NCBI GenBank assembly: GCA_054600435.1
Contig: BAAIJX010000010.1
Coordinates: forward strand, 372,001-436,000
Reading direction: 5' to 3'
Length of the DNA stretch: 64,000 nucleotides
DNA from: Neophaeotheca triangularis
Lineage: Eukaryota
This document shows positions 36,834 to 48,694 of this stretch, piece by piece. Position 1 is the stretch's first letter; each line of letters starts with the position of its first letter. The translations under genes and the position numbers were made by a program. The notes beneath the pieces are model-generated. The model ran no database searches and was not told the DNA's origin. It saw only the letters and a program-made list of their open reading frames with translations.

Positions 36834-37654
36834 TGTGGACTGGAAAGCGGTGAGCCTACTCGACTAGGCCAGCGACTCAGTAGCTTATGATCACGTTCGA
36901 ATCAGGCGGTTAGGCACTTCGCTTTCATGAGGAATTTGAAATATTAGATCTTCAGATACATATCGTTACATGTGTAACAAGCAAGGGCGACTTCGAGCTG
37001 CGGGACCAGATGAAGTCGCTGTCCCCATCCGGATCTAGCCGGTTGCGCCAAGCCAAAGAGGAGCAATCTCGAAATATACCCCTTAAGGATATCAAGTGTC
37101 CTGAAACACGTCGAGCAAGTCCTTCTCCATCACAAAGTGTCCTTATGGCTCACAAAGTATGGCAAATCAAGAGCTCCTGAAGCTTGGGATTCAACAGACG
37201 TAGGCGAGGGTGTTTGCCACATTGCCCGCCTCAATACAACGCCAACCTATAGCACTCCAGCCATCACGAAGCCAGGAGCCGCGAGGAGAAACCCCTCAAC
37301 GACAAAGAGGACTAGTTCTCGACGGAGTTCTGTCCTTCCTTTTTGGTCGAAAAAGTGGGCGCAGATCTAACGATCGATGGGATGAAGAGCGACCAGGTCG
37401 AAGAAGAAAGGGGCTTCAAGAGATGTAAGCGTGAACAGGTCGATCAATATCGACGAAATGACACAAAGTCTCGCTAGCAACAACGTGAGGAAAACCCCCA
37501 AAGCACATCGAAAACCTTACAATACTCCCCAAAAACTCCAAGCACCACGCTCCCATAACAACCATCGTAGAGCCCGACCCCTTCTCCCATGCCCCTTCCC
37601 AGCTCCGCCCACTTTCCTTTTGCTCTCGCTCACACATCCCCTGACACTCCCAAA

Positions 37655-40600
37655 TCAAACACACTCCCACTCCCCAAAAACACACCACCTCGCACTCCGA
37701 TCCGCCAACACCAGCGCCCTCCAAGTCCCCCTCTCACCAACCTTGATAACCGTCTCCCAGACCGAATTCAACCCGCTTTCCTCGGCGCCAGACGAAAGCG
37801 TATGGCTCTCCTTGCGCGTAAGCCGTATAATCTTTTGACCAGGCGTCTGTATAGCCAGTTTGGCAGGTTTCAGCTGCGCGGCAGTCATGCCGCTGCCTTC
37901 GGAGTTTTCAGACGAGGGGTGCGAGAAGCTGGAACCGGCGTGCGAAAGCGTTCGCGTTGACATTGCGCTGCCTGGGCGAGCCATGGAAAGGGCGGGGGAG
38001 ACGGGCCGGCTGGTGCTGCTACCGGATGCGGAGCCCGCGGTTTGTTGCGAGGTGCCCCAGGTGTCTGGGGAGAAACGCTCGAGGCTGCTTGGGTGCTGGC
38101 GGACAGTGAAGACGAAGGTGTTGTTTACGACGAGGCGTTTGCACTGAGGGCCAACGACGTAGAGATCGTGGCGCTGGGCGTGGGGGGTTGGGTGGCGGGT
38201 CATCCATTCGAAGGGCGGGTTGGTGGTGCCGGAGTGGAAGAGGGGAAGAGCGAGGGCGAGAGGGTGCGGATTTGATTTAATGCTGTGCATTAGGCCGCGC
38301 TTGCCGGCGTAGATGTTGAGAGTGCCTGCGGAAGTCTCGGGAGGGAGCAGGGCTTTGATGGTGTAGCGTTTGCGACCTGAGAGCCATTCTGGCTGTGCGA
38401 GGGCGGGTCTAGTTAGGCTGTCGCCGGTTTCGAAACGATCGCCATCACCGTCGTGCGCGAAGGTGCGGGCGGATATGTTCGCGAGGACTTCGACGTCAGA
38501 TGGGACTTGAATGTTGAATTGCGCGGTTTCGAGGTTTTCGAGATGCAAGCCACTGGTGCTGAATTCCGTAAGTTCGACGTTGTGACGGAAGTAGGGAGGC
38601 GCTGCGCAGGGTAGGGCGAGGAGTGTTTCGTGCGAGACCGAAGGGATAAGATGCTGAGCTTCCGGTAACAGTGGGATGTGCGTGTAGATGATCTCCATCG
38701 GACGAGCGAGGAAGTAGAAGGGCTCGGCGACCTGGCTGGTAGCGTTGCTGTAGTCGCTGCGACGCGGGTGGGTTGGCGAGGCAAGCGCGCAATCAATGAT
38801 CCGCCACTCGTTCTCGACGGTGACAGCGTTCCACCAGTGGTTTGGATGGGCGATGGTCTCGAGATCGAGCGTCTCTCCTGGTGCCTTGAGGTATCCGCGC
38901 ACGACTTCCGCTTGAAGCCCGACGGCTGAACACATCTCGCGGACCAAGAGGGCAATCTCCTCGCTGCATCCACGCTTTGTCTGCACTACGCGTCTCGTAT
39001 CGATCTGACCCTCAAAGTCGTCCTCCCAGGTGATTCGTTCCGCGACCCATGTAAAGATGGCTCTCAGTCTCTGCACATCACTCCGATGCGGCCGGCACAG
39101 ATAGTTCTGGGCAAGCACAGCAGGCGCGACCATCGGAGGCACGCTGTTGACAAACCGCGTGCTCTTATCGACTAACGCCAAGTTTGGGGTATTGAAGTCG
39201 GTAGGGTCAGTAATTGGCATCCCATCCAAACCTTCGTCGCCCTCAACCATCTCGTGTAACATATCGATGGGCTGAAGAACCGGCAGATCCAGCATCTCGC
39301 ACCGCTCTTCGCGCTCGTCCTTCTCTCGCCGGCTGAGCGTATTGGATCGATTGATGTCCCTCCGCACTTGCATCCAGTCGTTGCCGCCTCCAAGCCCCAT
39401 ATCGCGGGCAGCACTATCCCCATTGCCAAACGCTGATCCTGGCCTCGCAGCCAACCCACCAGCCATACCGACGGAGCCGTTGCCAAACATAGATTTCGTC
39501 GGACTGGGCGTGCGACTACTACTGGGCCTGCTACCAGACCGTGCCCTCGCATTCGCCGCGCCAGTTTTCGCAGTCGTTCGCGCTGACTCTATCATCTTCT
39601 TGAAGAAACCACTTCTCTTTCCTTTTGGCGTTCCGAGACCTCCAAGCACACCCGCGCTCTCCATCGGATCCTTCGTCCAGTCGGCAACCGGAGTCATAAC
39701 AGCGCCAGGAATGCTAGCATGGCTCTCGTGGTAGCTAGGACCGGAAAGCTCACTACCTGCCATGCTACGCGTGCCATGTCGCTTCAACTCATCCGTAGGC
39801 TTGTGCTCTTCAATAATCTCCCCACGCCCTCTCTTGAACGAGCCAATGCCGTATTTCTTCCTTGCTAAACTTCCGGCACTAGTAGCGCTGAAACCGCCAG
39901 CAGAGTATCCAGACATCAGGCTACGGCTAGTAAGTTGAGTGCTAGTGCTGCTTTGCGTTGCGGAAGAAGAGTTTGTAGATTCAGTCTGGTTGGTCTTGGT
40001 GGTGAATGTCCGACTAAGAGCATCTTTGCCAAGCTCATAGGCTGATTTGCGAGAGCGAAGGCCGGGCTTCTGCTGGCGTTGTGAACCATACTTGTTCTCT
40101 GAGCCGGAGCTTGCTTGGCTGCTTGATGTTGTTGGACGCGAGCCGTATCTGGAGCCTTTAAGCGGCGGCGCTGGTGGCTCGTCTCTTGATGCTGGTCTGG
40201 AAGCTCCTCCGTTCTGGTCGAAGATCGAGGACTGGGTATGGCGTAGCTGACGCTCCATCCGCGAGGCATGATTTGGCGGAGGAGGACCTTCCCTGGATGA
40301 AGGCATTGAGGGGGGCTGGCTGTCTTGACCACTATAGTAGCGATCGTTTGGGCGGAAGCCTAGCGACGACTGAGCGCGGTTTTGCTCTTGCGACTGCGCT
40401 CTAATCTCATCGAAAGCATCTGGTGACCAAACTTTGCTCATTGAACTCGTTGGTCTATCTTTGGAAGCCTCCTCTTTGACACTCATGCCCTGTAAAGATG
40501 ACATGACATCGTTCATGGCATCTCTCAAGGGCGAAGGGGTCATGTGGCTGCCGTCGTTGGGCGAGGCCGGGATCGGGGTGTGCGAGCCTTCACGCGGTGC

Positions 40601-41784
40601 TTCCGGTTGGGGTGACGGTGCCGCAGACGGCGCTCTATTGGATTGGTAGAGCACCCGATGCGCCGGTGGGGGAGGCGGTGGCGGCGATGAGCCCAGATCT
40701 TCCTCGTCCTCAAACGAATGTTGCGGAGCTAGAGAAGGAGCCCTCGAATACGGCTGGTAATCAAACGAAGGGGCTGTCGAAGGGGCTCTTGAGTAAGGAT
40801 CTTGTTGGTATGGGTTTGGGGAAGGTCCACGAGAGGGCGTGTGTTGAGGGTAGGCAGATCCATTATCGTAGTCGGATGGCAGGGGAGATTGGTTATGTGA
40901 CCCATATTGAAAGTCCGAATATGCTTCAGGCGGTGGTCCTGCTGACACTGGTCGGTAGGTTGGCTGTGCGAATTGTTCTTGGTGCATGCTCGGAGCAGGC
41001 GAAGGCGCTCTGTTGTACCTCTCCGGGTTAGGCGATTGCGGCCTGTACGGCTGGTATGATGGTGTAGGGGTAGGACTGGCGGTGACGCCATATCGTTGCT
41101 CTGGCATTGGGCTTGCCGATGCGCCGTGGTTCATGTCTGGTCTTGGGCTTGGAGACTTGCCAACAGCGCTGCGTTGCCGCCTGTGTGCACCTCCTCTAGG
41201 AAGAGGTGCTGGCATTGTGAAACCATCATCCTGTTTGAGTGGACTTGCACTCCCAGTCTTTTGCAGGGTTGAAGTTGGCGCCTGCGCAGTCTTCATACTT
41301 GAATATGGCGCAAAACGACTCTTCTTCTTCGGCTTCTCTTTGTCGCTTTCGGGCGTAGTGTCTCTCCCATCCAATCTCTTGCCATCTGGCCCAATCTTTT
41401 CGTATGCTTGAAATGGCTTGCGGAAGACGCTGGTGCTTTTCGCGGGTGTCGTTTGCTTTGGCGCTTGCGTGAGAGTCAATGGCGAAGCATTTCGGGTCGG
41501 TGTAGGTTGGAAGGATTCATCGAGAACCTTGACGAAGTTGGAAGGGAAGAGGCCAATGGCTCGAGGATCGCGCCTCAAGCGACCCATCCACCAGAGCCCG
41601 TCGCCTGCGTTGAGGCATTCTATCAAGTCGCCCTCTATGAAGCCGAGATCCTTCTTCGTCTGCGCACAAATGTCAGTACTTGCCATCTTCTTCTTGGATA
41701 TGGTTGACCGCTTACCTCGCCGCCCCACGAGAAGGTCGCCCTACACCAGCAGGGGAACCTTGGTGGGAGATCAGGAGCCCCCAT
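37655..41784 (-). CDS. CYK3: Cytokinesis protein Cyk3 (SH3 plus transglutaminase-like domain)
   Basis: Exons 41784-41716 and 41659-37655 (GTAAGC..CTGAC..CAG). SH3: ATFSWGGE|TKKDLGFIEGD..WWMG..GLFPSNFV. TGase-like: RLRAIFTWV..VRGYLK..NHWWNAV..ID. Confidence 0.93.
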
Positions 41785-43525
41785 GTTGTCTCAATATTCC
41801 GTTTGTATCTTCTGGAGTTGAAGGTGGAAGCGTTTGTGATATCTCTTGCGAGCCGTACTTGGTTGCTATGCGGGATTCGGTAGCGAAAGGACGAGCGCGG
41901 CGTCGAGCCTGTGCTCCTGGCTGGGGTGGTAGTACTGTCGGGAGATATCTCAGACGGTACGACGAAAGGATAAGATAGCAATAGACAGCACCTAGCGATT
42001 GGGTGATGCAGTGGCGCAGAGCTATGTATATGCACAGTTAGGCGAAGAAACGATGGCCTCGTCGGGCATGTTGATTTGTTTGGGCGCTCGGCTGTCGACC
42101 TGCCAATGCGACCGGGCCGCTGTGGGGTGGCCCAAACTTTACCTGTCTCCCTCCTTGGCGTGCTTCAACCTCACCTCACCTCCCCTACCTCATGCAATCT
42201 CATGCAAGGTACCGAACATGGCCGCGGCCGCTGTGTCGCACTCGTTGCATCGTACAGAGAACCACTGAATTGGGCTTGGATACAAACACAGTCCGGGAGA
42301 ACCATTGGAGACTTCATATGCAACGTCTGCTCTATTCTTTCACGCAAGGGGTCCAGCTTCAACTTGACAAACAACAAGAATACGCAGGGCCTTGAAATGC
42401 TGTTCAATGGACCATGGGAACCGACACGTGGCCATACTATGATGATACCGTGAATCGTTCACCGCTAGACTGACCGCCAAACTTCTGTACCTACCACTCT
42501 CCCGCAGAGCAGCACTACACCAGGCCTAGGCCTTTGACCTGCCCAGCTTGAGCAGAAATCTCCCTTCCCCGAACCAGAGGCGCCCACGCGTTTCTCTAGA
42601 TCATCTGATGAATATAACGCCCTAAATCCTCACAAAGTCCGCAAGGTCATGGTCAACATCCGCAAAAACAACCTGAAGACTTTGATACTGGCAGGCCCTC
42701 AAGAAGGCCTCAATATCAAGGCTGTGGACTTCCTCGTCTATGGTATGCGCCTTAATATACCTGTGGAAAGCACCGCCCTCTTGGAGCCGTCGTTTACGTC
42801 GCGCACTAGTTGTCCGGAATGAAAGCAGCATCCATGAATGCCGTTTGCCTTCAACAGAGACGAGAGCTGGTTTTAGCACAAAACCACTTTTGCTGAGTGA
42901 ACCTCCGTCGTAGGAGTTGCGTGGTAGGTATCCACGGGGGGCCAGAAATCGTAAGCAATGCTGACTTTACGATCGTAGTTTGCTGCAGTCTATTCGTCGG
43001 ACTGTTGGTCTTGAATAGGTTCGGTTGTACGCTTGGGAGTGCAAAGGTAATATTATTCTTGCTCGATCTAGTAGGTATTGCTCAAGCGTTATGTTTCTGC
43101 TGTAGCTGTAGCTCTTCTTGCCTTCAGATAGGCATGAATGATCAAATATCTAACACTGTGCTCGCTGTCAGTTCGCGACAGTTTCTTCCGAGCTAGTGTA
43201 AGCAGTGCAAGTAGCCGGCATCCCCGGCTGCTGTGTTTGGAACTGCCTCCTTTCAGCTGCTCTTGTATGCTCCGTTGACTTTCATTTGTAGCCGCAATTT
43301 CACTGCCATCTCCCCACTATCTTCGGCATTCACTGACGCGGACTCACATTCACGTCTTCCAGAAGGTGACGTTTGTTCATTCTGACGTTACCAACCTGCG
43401 CGCTGGCACTTAACACGGCGTCATGCGCACGGGCCGCTTTTGGCTCCTTTAAACAGCCTCGCTTTTCGACAACTTTCCTCGAACTTTCAACCTACCACAA
43501 CCAAGCTCAAAGCCGAAACAGAACC

Positions 43526-45473
43526 ATGGAGGGCAACAATGCATGGCTCTGGTTTGACGACTGGTACGATGCTCATGAGGAATTTGGCAAGCCGAGGGCG
43601 AGCCAAAGTGAACTCTCGATAAGCGGCACCCAGGGAACCGTTCATCTCGTGGGCTTCGACACTATTCGAGACCTTCGAGACCTGGGAAGGCTGGAAACCC
43701 GCACAGCAAGTTTCCGCCGTGTCTCCGTTGGCTTTCCAGGTCAACGCTATTTGCACGATGCTATTGTCAATTTCGAGCTTGGCATCTACAACATCATTCC
43801 CATTTTCATCGAAAAGACTGGTTTGCCAAAGAAGTATGAGGTGAATCTGGCCCAAATCTTGGAAACTGTCGAAAAGGCACCTCTGAACGAGTGCATTGGC
43901 ATGATGCTTCCCACTACTTCCTTTGGCTCTGGTGTGTATCGAATTTCTTGGCTTGAGTTGAAAGCCTTCAAGTACCATCAGCTGGAACTTGAGAGTCACT
44001 TCCGTAAGTCTTCAACGTTACTGCAACACGCTTAGATACTGACGAGCCACATATAGACATCTCCAAGAACATCACCGACAAGCTCGACAAGCTCAGCGAT
44101 CAGGTCAACATGCTGGCTAACCTCACCTCACGCTGCCCTGGGCTGGTGCAAGAGCAAAATGGCGATACGAGTCCGAGCACTACGGAGGAAGCGGAGAAGA
44201 TGACAAACAAAGACGCATTCTTCGTGCCAAGAGTCAGAATCTGTCGAGGTTCCAGTTTCAAAGATAACAGTCCAAGTTTCAAAGACATCAGTCATGGGAC
44301 CGACGGCTACGTTTCCCTTGTTGGCTTGGACAACACATCAGAATGGCTGGAATACCAGGCTGCTCTTCGTCATCGACGCCGCGTCTGCATCGATGTGCAT
44401 AGGCATGACCGCTCGTACGACGCCATCGTGAATTTCGCCATCCGTTTCTCTGATGTCCTTTGCGACTTTCTTGAGAAGACCGGTCTATCGCGGAAGTACG
44501 AGGCAAGTGTGGCACGCGTCTTGCAAAAGGTCAAGGACGCTCCGGAACGAGACTTCGTTCCCGTGTGTCGTAGTCGCGACGAGAGTGAGACTCACGAATG
44601 GTTGGAGTTGAAGGACCACGCCAGCATCTACCTAGGGCCCGGAAGCGAGTTTTGTGAGTTAAACAGTGACTGCGCAGGAGGTTCGAAACTAACATACTGA
44701 ATATAGATGGCGCATTGGAGATCACCGATAAGCTCGACAAGCTCACAGAACGCATTGATGAGCTTGCTTTGAACGGCCGAAGCATCATCCCCGAGCAAGG
44801 TGACGATGCGGCGTCAATCGTGACTGAGAAACCAGGTACTGAGGCAGCCAACACTGAGACAACCCACGCTCTGGACTCCGACGCACAAGAGGCCAATATT
44901 GGGAAGCTTGGCACCGGAGGACCCTTCACCACCAACATCAAGCTTCCCTCTCGGGATCAAGATACAGTCTACTTGGTTCTCGGGGTTGAACACTCGAAGG
45001 ATTTCGTCTCTGATGCCAAATTCTTTCGCTGCGTAAAGTTTGACATCCTCGGGAAGCCTCCGTATTCCGCCATCATCAACTTTCGCCTCCGCATGTCAGA
45101 CCTGACACACCTCTTCCTCGTCAAAACTGGCTTAGCTCGGGTCTATGCCAAACCGGTGGCCCAAGTTCTGGAGAAGGCGAAGTTGGCTCCCCTCAGTGAC
45201 TATCTGCAGGGCTTTCACCTCGGCTTTGAGGGACTCGAAAACTTCTTCTACTACTATGAGGCTGATGACAAGCACCATGTCCTTCTGACTGAGGACTTTC
45301 CCAAGTTTGACCGGTTTGGACCAGCTCTCGCGATGGACAGCGTCAACATCGGGATGCGCGAGCTCTCCGCAAAATTTGACGGTCTGGCTTCAAAGCTCGA
45401 CAACGTGCAGTTTGCTTCCGGCTCAAGCTCTGTTTTTACGCCCGAGGAGTCGCTCGCGGAAGACTTTGAGTAG
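43526..45473 (+). CDS. Unrecognised protein with three tandem ~150-200-aa modules (predicted 613 aa)
   Basis: Exons 43526-44003, 44057-44653 and 44707-45473. Two 53-nt phase-1 introns (GTAAGT/GTGAGT..ATACTGA..ATATAG) fuse three ORFs in frame. Repeated motifs: AI[VI]NF, FxxKTGL, WLELK, ITDKLDKL. Confidence 0.8.
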
Positions 45474-46298
45474 CGTGCGCCCGTCTTGCGTGAGTGCCAC
45501 TCAACGTACGCGCCGCCTATGCCTTGCCACTTCAGGGATAGAGATGACCACTAGCTTTGGGACCCTTCTACAGCTTTAGCTGGATTTGCGGCTTCTTTAG
45601 CTCTCCCGAACCTCCAGTACGCTTGCGCTGCGACGTACCTAGACCTTTTCGCGAGAAAGTTACAGCAAGTGGAAGTATCGGGCGAGGACGACGCTTGAGC
45701 TCAATCGTGGTCGCCTTTCACAGTGGCCTTTAGCTCTAGTTTAAATCACCGATGTTACCACTTGCAACCAACCCCTTCCATGACACTTCGCTTCTCAAGC
45801 TTCAGTGACGCACATTTCTCGTCTTTGTCTTGCCATGTCCCGTACAATACGTTGGAACATTCGCTACCTAGCCCACCTTACGCATCCACCCCAGTACCCA
45901 GCGATCCAGGATCTTCACAATTTCAGAATCATTGCAATAACTTGCTGACATTCCAACCAGTGAATCTTTCATGCATGTCCAGCGCCTCCATATTCCTTCC
46001 TTTGATTGTACATGGACCATGGTTGACTTGTTCAAGAATTCGGACATTGCTAAACCCTGGCCTCCACAAGAATGCTGCCGAGAGTTCCTCGTTTTGTCTA
46101 GCGGATGATCTGCAGAATGAACTCGTTGTTTGTTGTTAGTGAAAGGCGCTACTAGACAAAACGAGAAGTGAAGTGCCATACCAAAACACTTGCGAAAGAA
46201 ATCACTTAACACTTAAATACCTGCAGCCTTCCCAACTCAGCTGAGTCAAATCCATCTTCATCCTTTAACTACCTCCACATCAAAAGAGCCTGTCCAAG

Positions 46299-48115
46299 AT
46301 GGCAGACACTCCAGATAGTCCAGACATGACACCGGCGCAAGTCAAGCAAGAGCACGATAAGATGCTGTTCATACCACTCACGCACACCTACGATGAGGCT
46401 GAGGAGCCAGTGCCCGAAGACCCAACGCCCGAAGACGACCCAACGCCATCGACCTCAGCTCAGGAGAATACCAAGCCCAAGAAGAAGAGCATTAGGAAGT
46501 TTCGATGGGACCGTAAGTTCGCAGTCTCTCCCAAAGGCGGGAGCGGAATCAGCTAACACCACACACAGCGTCCTACGACCAGCACTTGCTCCTCATCATC
46601 TACCACATCTGCCACCGCGAAGATATCGATATCCCTTGGAACGAAGTCGCCAGCGAGATTCGGCCCTGGATGACCGGAGAGGCCATCAAGCAACACCTCG
46701 TCAAGCTCCGCGCTGCTCGTGCAGAGGCCAAACTTCCCGTTCCTCCCAAGACGGAGCGCAGGCCGCGCAAGATCGCCCATGTAAAGGCCCCTGCTCCAGC
46801 CAGTCACATGGCCCCGACCTTCGTGGCCCGGCCCCAAGACCCATCCGACCTACCGGGAGCGGTCGAAAAACCTAGGCCTTCTACATCAAGCGTCGGCTCT
46901 CAGCTCGAGAACGGCGACCTCCACAGTCAGCACTCCTCTCAAGACTCAGCTTCCCCAGGCGGTCCCCCGATGCTCGACGGCGCGAACGACGAAGTTCCTT
47001 CTAGGCGTTCGTCTCAAGATTCGAACTTGATGGGCAACCGAACCAGACCTCCAGTTTTCAACCCAGCCAGAGCATCCGAGCAGCGCTCCCAAGGTCCAGG
47101 ATCCCGCCGCAGCAGCGTCAGAGGCAACACCACCGCCCAAGCTCCTACAGCCAACGCACCCACCGTTAACCTCCCAGCCAACACACCGACCGTCCGCCAG
47201 CAAGTCAACACACCCACCATCAACCAGCAAGCTAACGCGCCCAACACCAACCACCCAACCAAAGCACCCAACCCCCAACCCCCCACACCCCACGGCCCTC
47301 CTCCCGGCCTCGTCACCCCGACTCAAGCCCCCGACAACATCAACCTCCTGGACAGCATCCTAGTCCTCGCCGACGCCCGCGCCCTCACCTCGATCCACAA
47401 CATCCGCAACTCCAACCTCGCCCGACTCAGCCTCGACACCGACTTCGGCCACCTCTTCCACGTCTTCTTCGACACGCGCGCCCGCTACTGCCACACGGTG
47501 GAATACTTCATGCGGAAAACAAAACTCCACGAGCAGTACAGACAAAACCTCGGCCGCGCGCTGCAGCTCAAGAAAGACCAGGCCATGGCGTCGAGGATCA
47601 ACATGCCACCGCCCGCTGAGACGAGAATTGTGTTTGCCGAGCTGGGTGAGGAGAGGGCGTTTTTTGCGATGGATTTGGGCACGGCGTTTTTGGCCAGGGG
47701 GGAGGATTTTGGTAAGTTTCCCGCAGCCACTGGGAGCGTCTAAGCTGAGATTCACTTTTGCTAACGTGTAAGTACAGGGGCGACGAGGAACTTTCAAAAC
47801 CAGGCGTCGGCGGCTTTCGGGCACCTGGGTCAAAGGCTTGCGGGTATCGAGCAGCGGTTGTTGCAGCGGCTATCGAAGATTGAGCACCGGTTGGTGTCAT
47901 TGGTAGAAGTCACGTCCGCGTCGAGGGATGAGCATTCGTCGACTGGTCAGTCTCAGGCCCATCAGGCGAAAGGGTCGGAGAATAACCCCCACGAGATCAC
48001 GGGGGATAGTGGTGCTGCGGCGGGTGGACAGTCGGGGGGTCACCCGGTCAAGACTGACGGGGGGATGCAGTCTGGTGATGGTGAGAATGCTGCAATGACG
48101 GATGTTGGGGAGTAG
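46299..48115 (+). CDS. Protein with an N-terminal Myb/SANT-like helical domain and a C-terminal coiled coil
   Basis: Exons 46299-46512, 46569-47711 and 47778-48115 (two GTAAGT..CTAAC..CAG introns; joins stay in frame). FRWDPSYDQHLLL..IPWNEVA..MTGEAIKQHLVKLR fits the fungal Myb-like pattern. Confidence 0.75.
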
Positions 48116-48694
48116 GATGCGGAATCCGGGGTGGTTGCGAGAGAGTGAGCACCTCTCAGGAGATGATTGTTTTTGGAGTGTTTCCATTGGTGGTGGTCTC
48201 TTGCAACCGGTAGCGTCTCAGTATGCTGCCACTTTGCAGCTGTCAATCAATGTACTTTGAAAACAAGGTTGCCAGAGCACTCACGTTCCATTCTTGAGCC
48301 TGGATGTATCGTCAGTTAAACTCCTTCTAGGTCTGAATGAAGCTTTGAAGTCAGCGGTAACTTAGCAAGAACGATTAGAAAAGCGCAGCGAGGGGCAGCT
48401 AGAGGAAACAACAGGTAGCCTGCGACTTCTCAGATACTATCATGCTATAGCTATGATTCTAATGCCATGATGAAATAGATCTGCGCCCACGCAGTCCATT
48501 CCTGCTCCGAGCCGTAGCTGCGAACAAACAGTCAGCAAAGCATAATCTATGCATGAAAAGGCAATACCTCTGCCTCCACCATCCGCAAACTTTTGCTTCG
48601 CAAATAGTAGCCCCTCTGGAAAACCAGAACCCCATCCCGCAAAACACCACGCTCAAAGCTGCCACATCAAACCCGACAAAAGCGCTCCAAGCTG

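Noticed and set aside
42622..43135. Possible minus-strand pseudogene divergent from the triple-module gene
   Set aside because: The frame is broken by stops and a shift, and I found no recognisable motif or similarity to the module.
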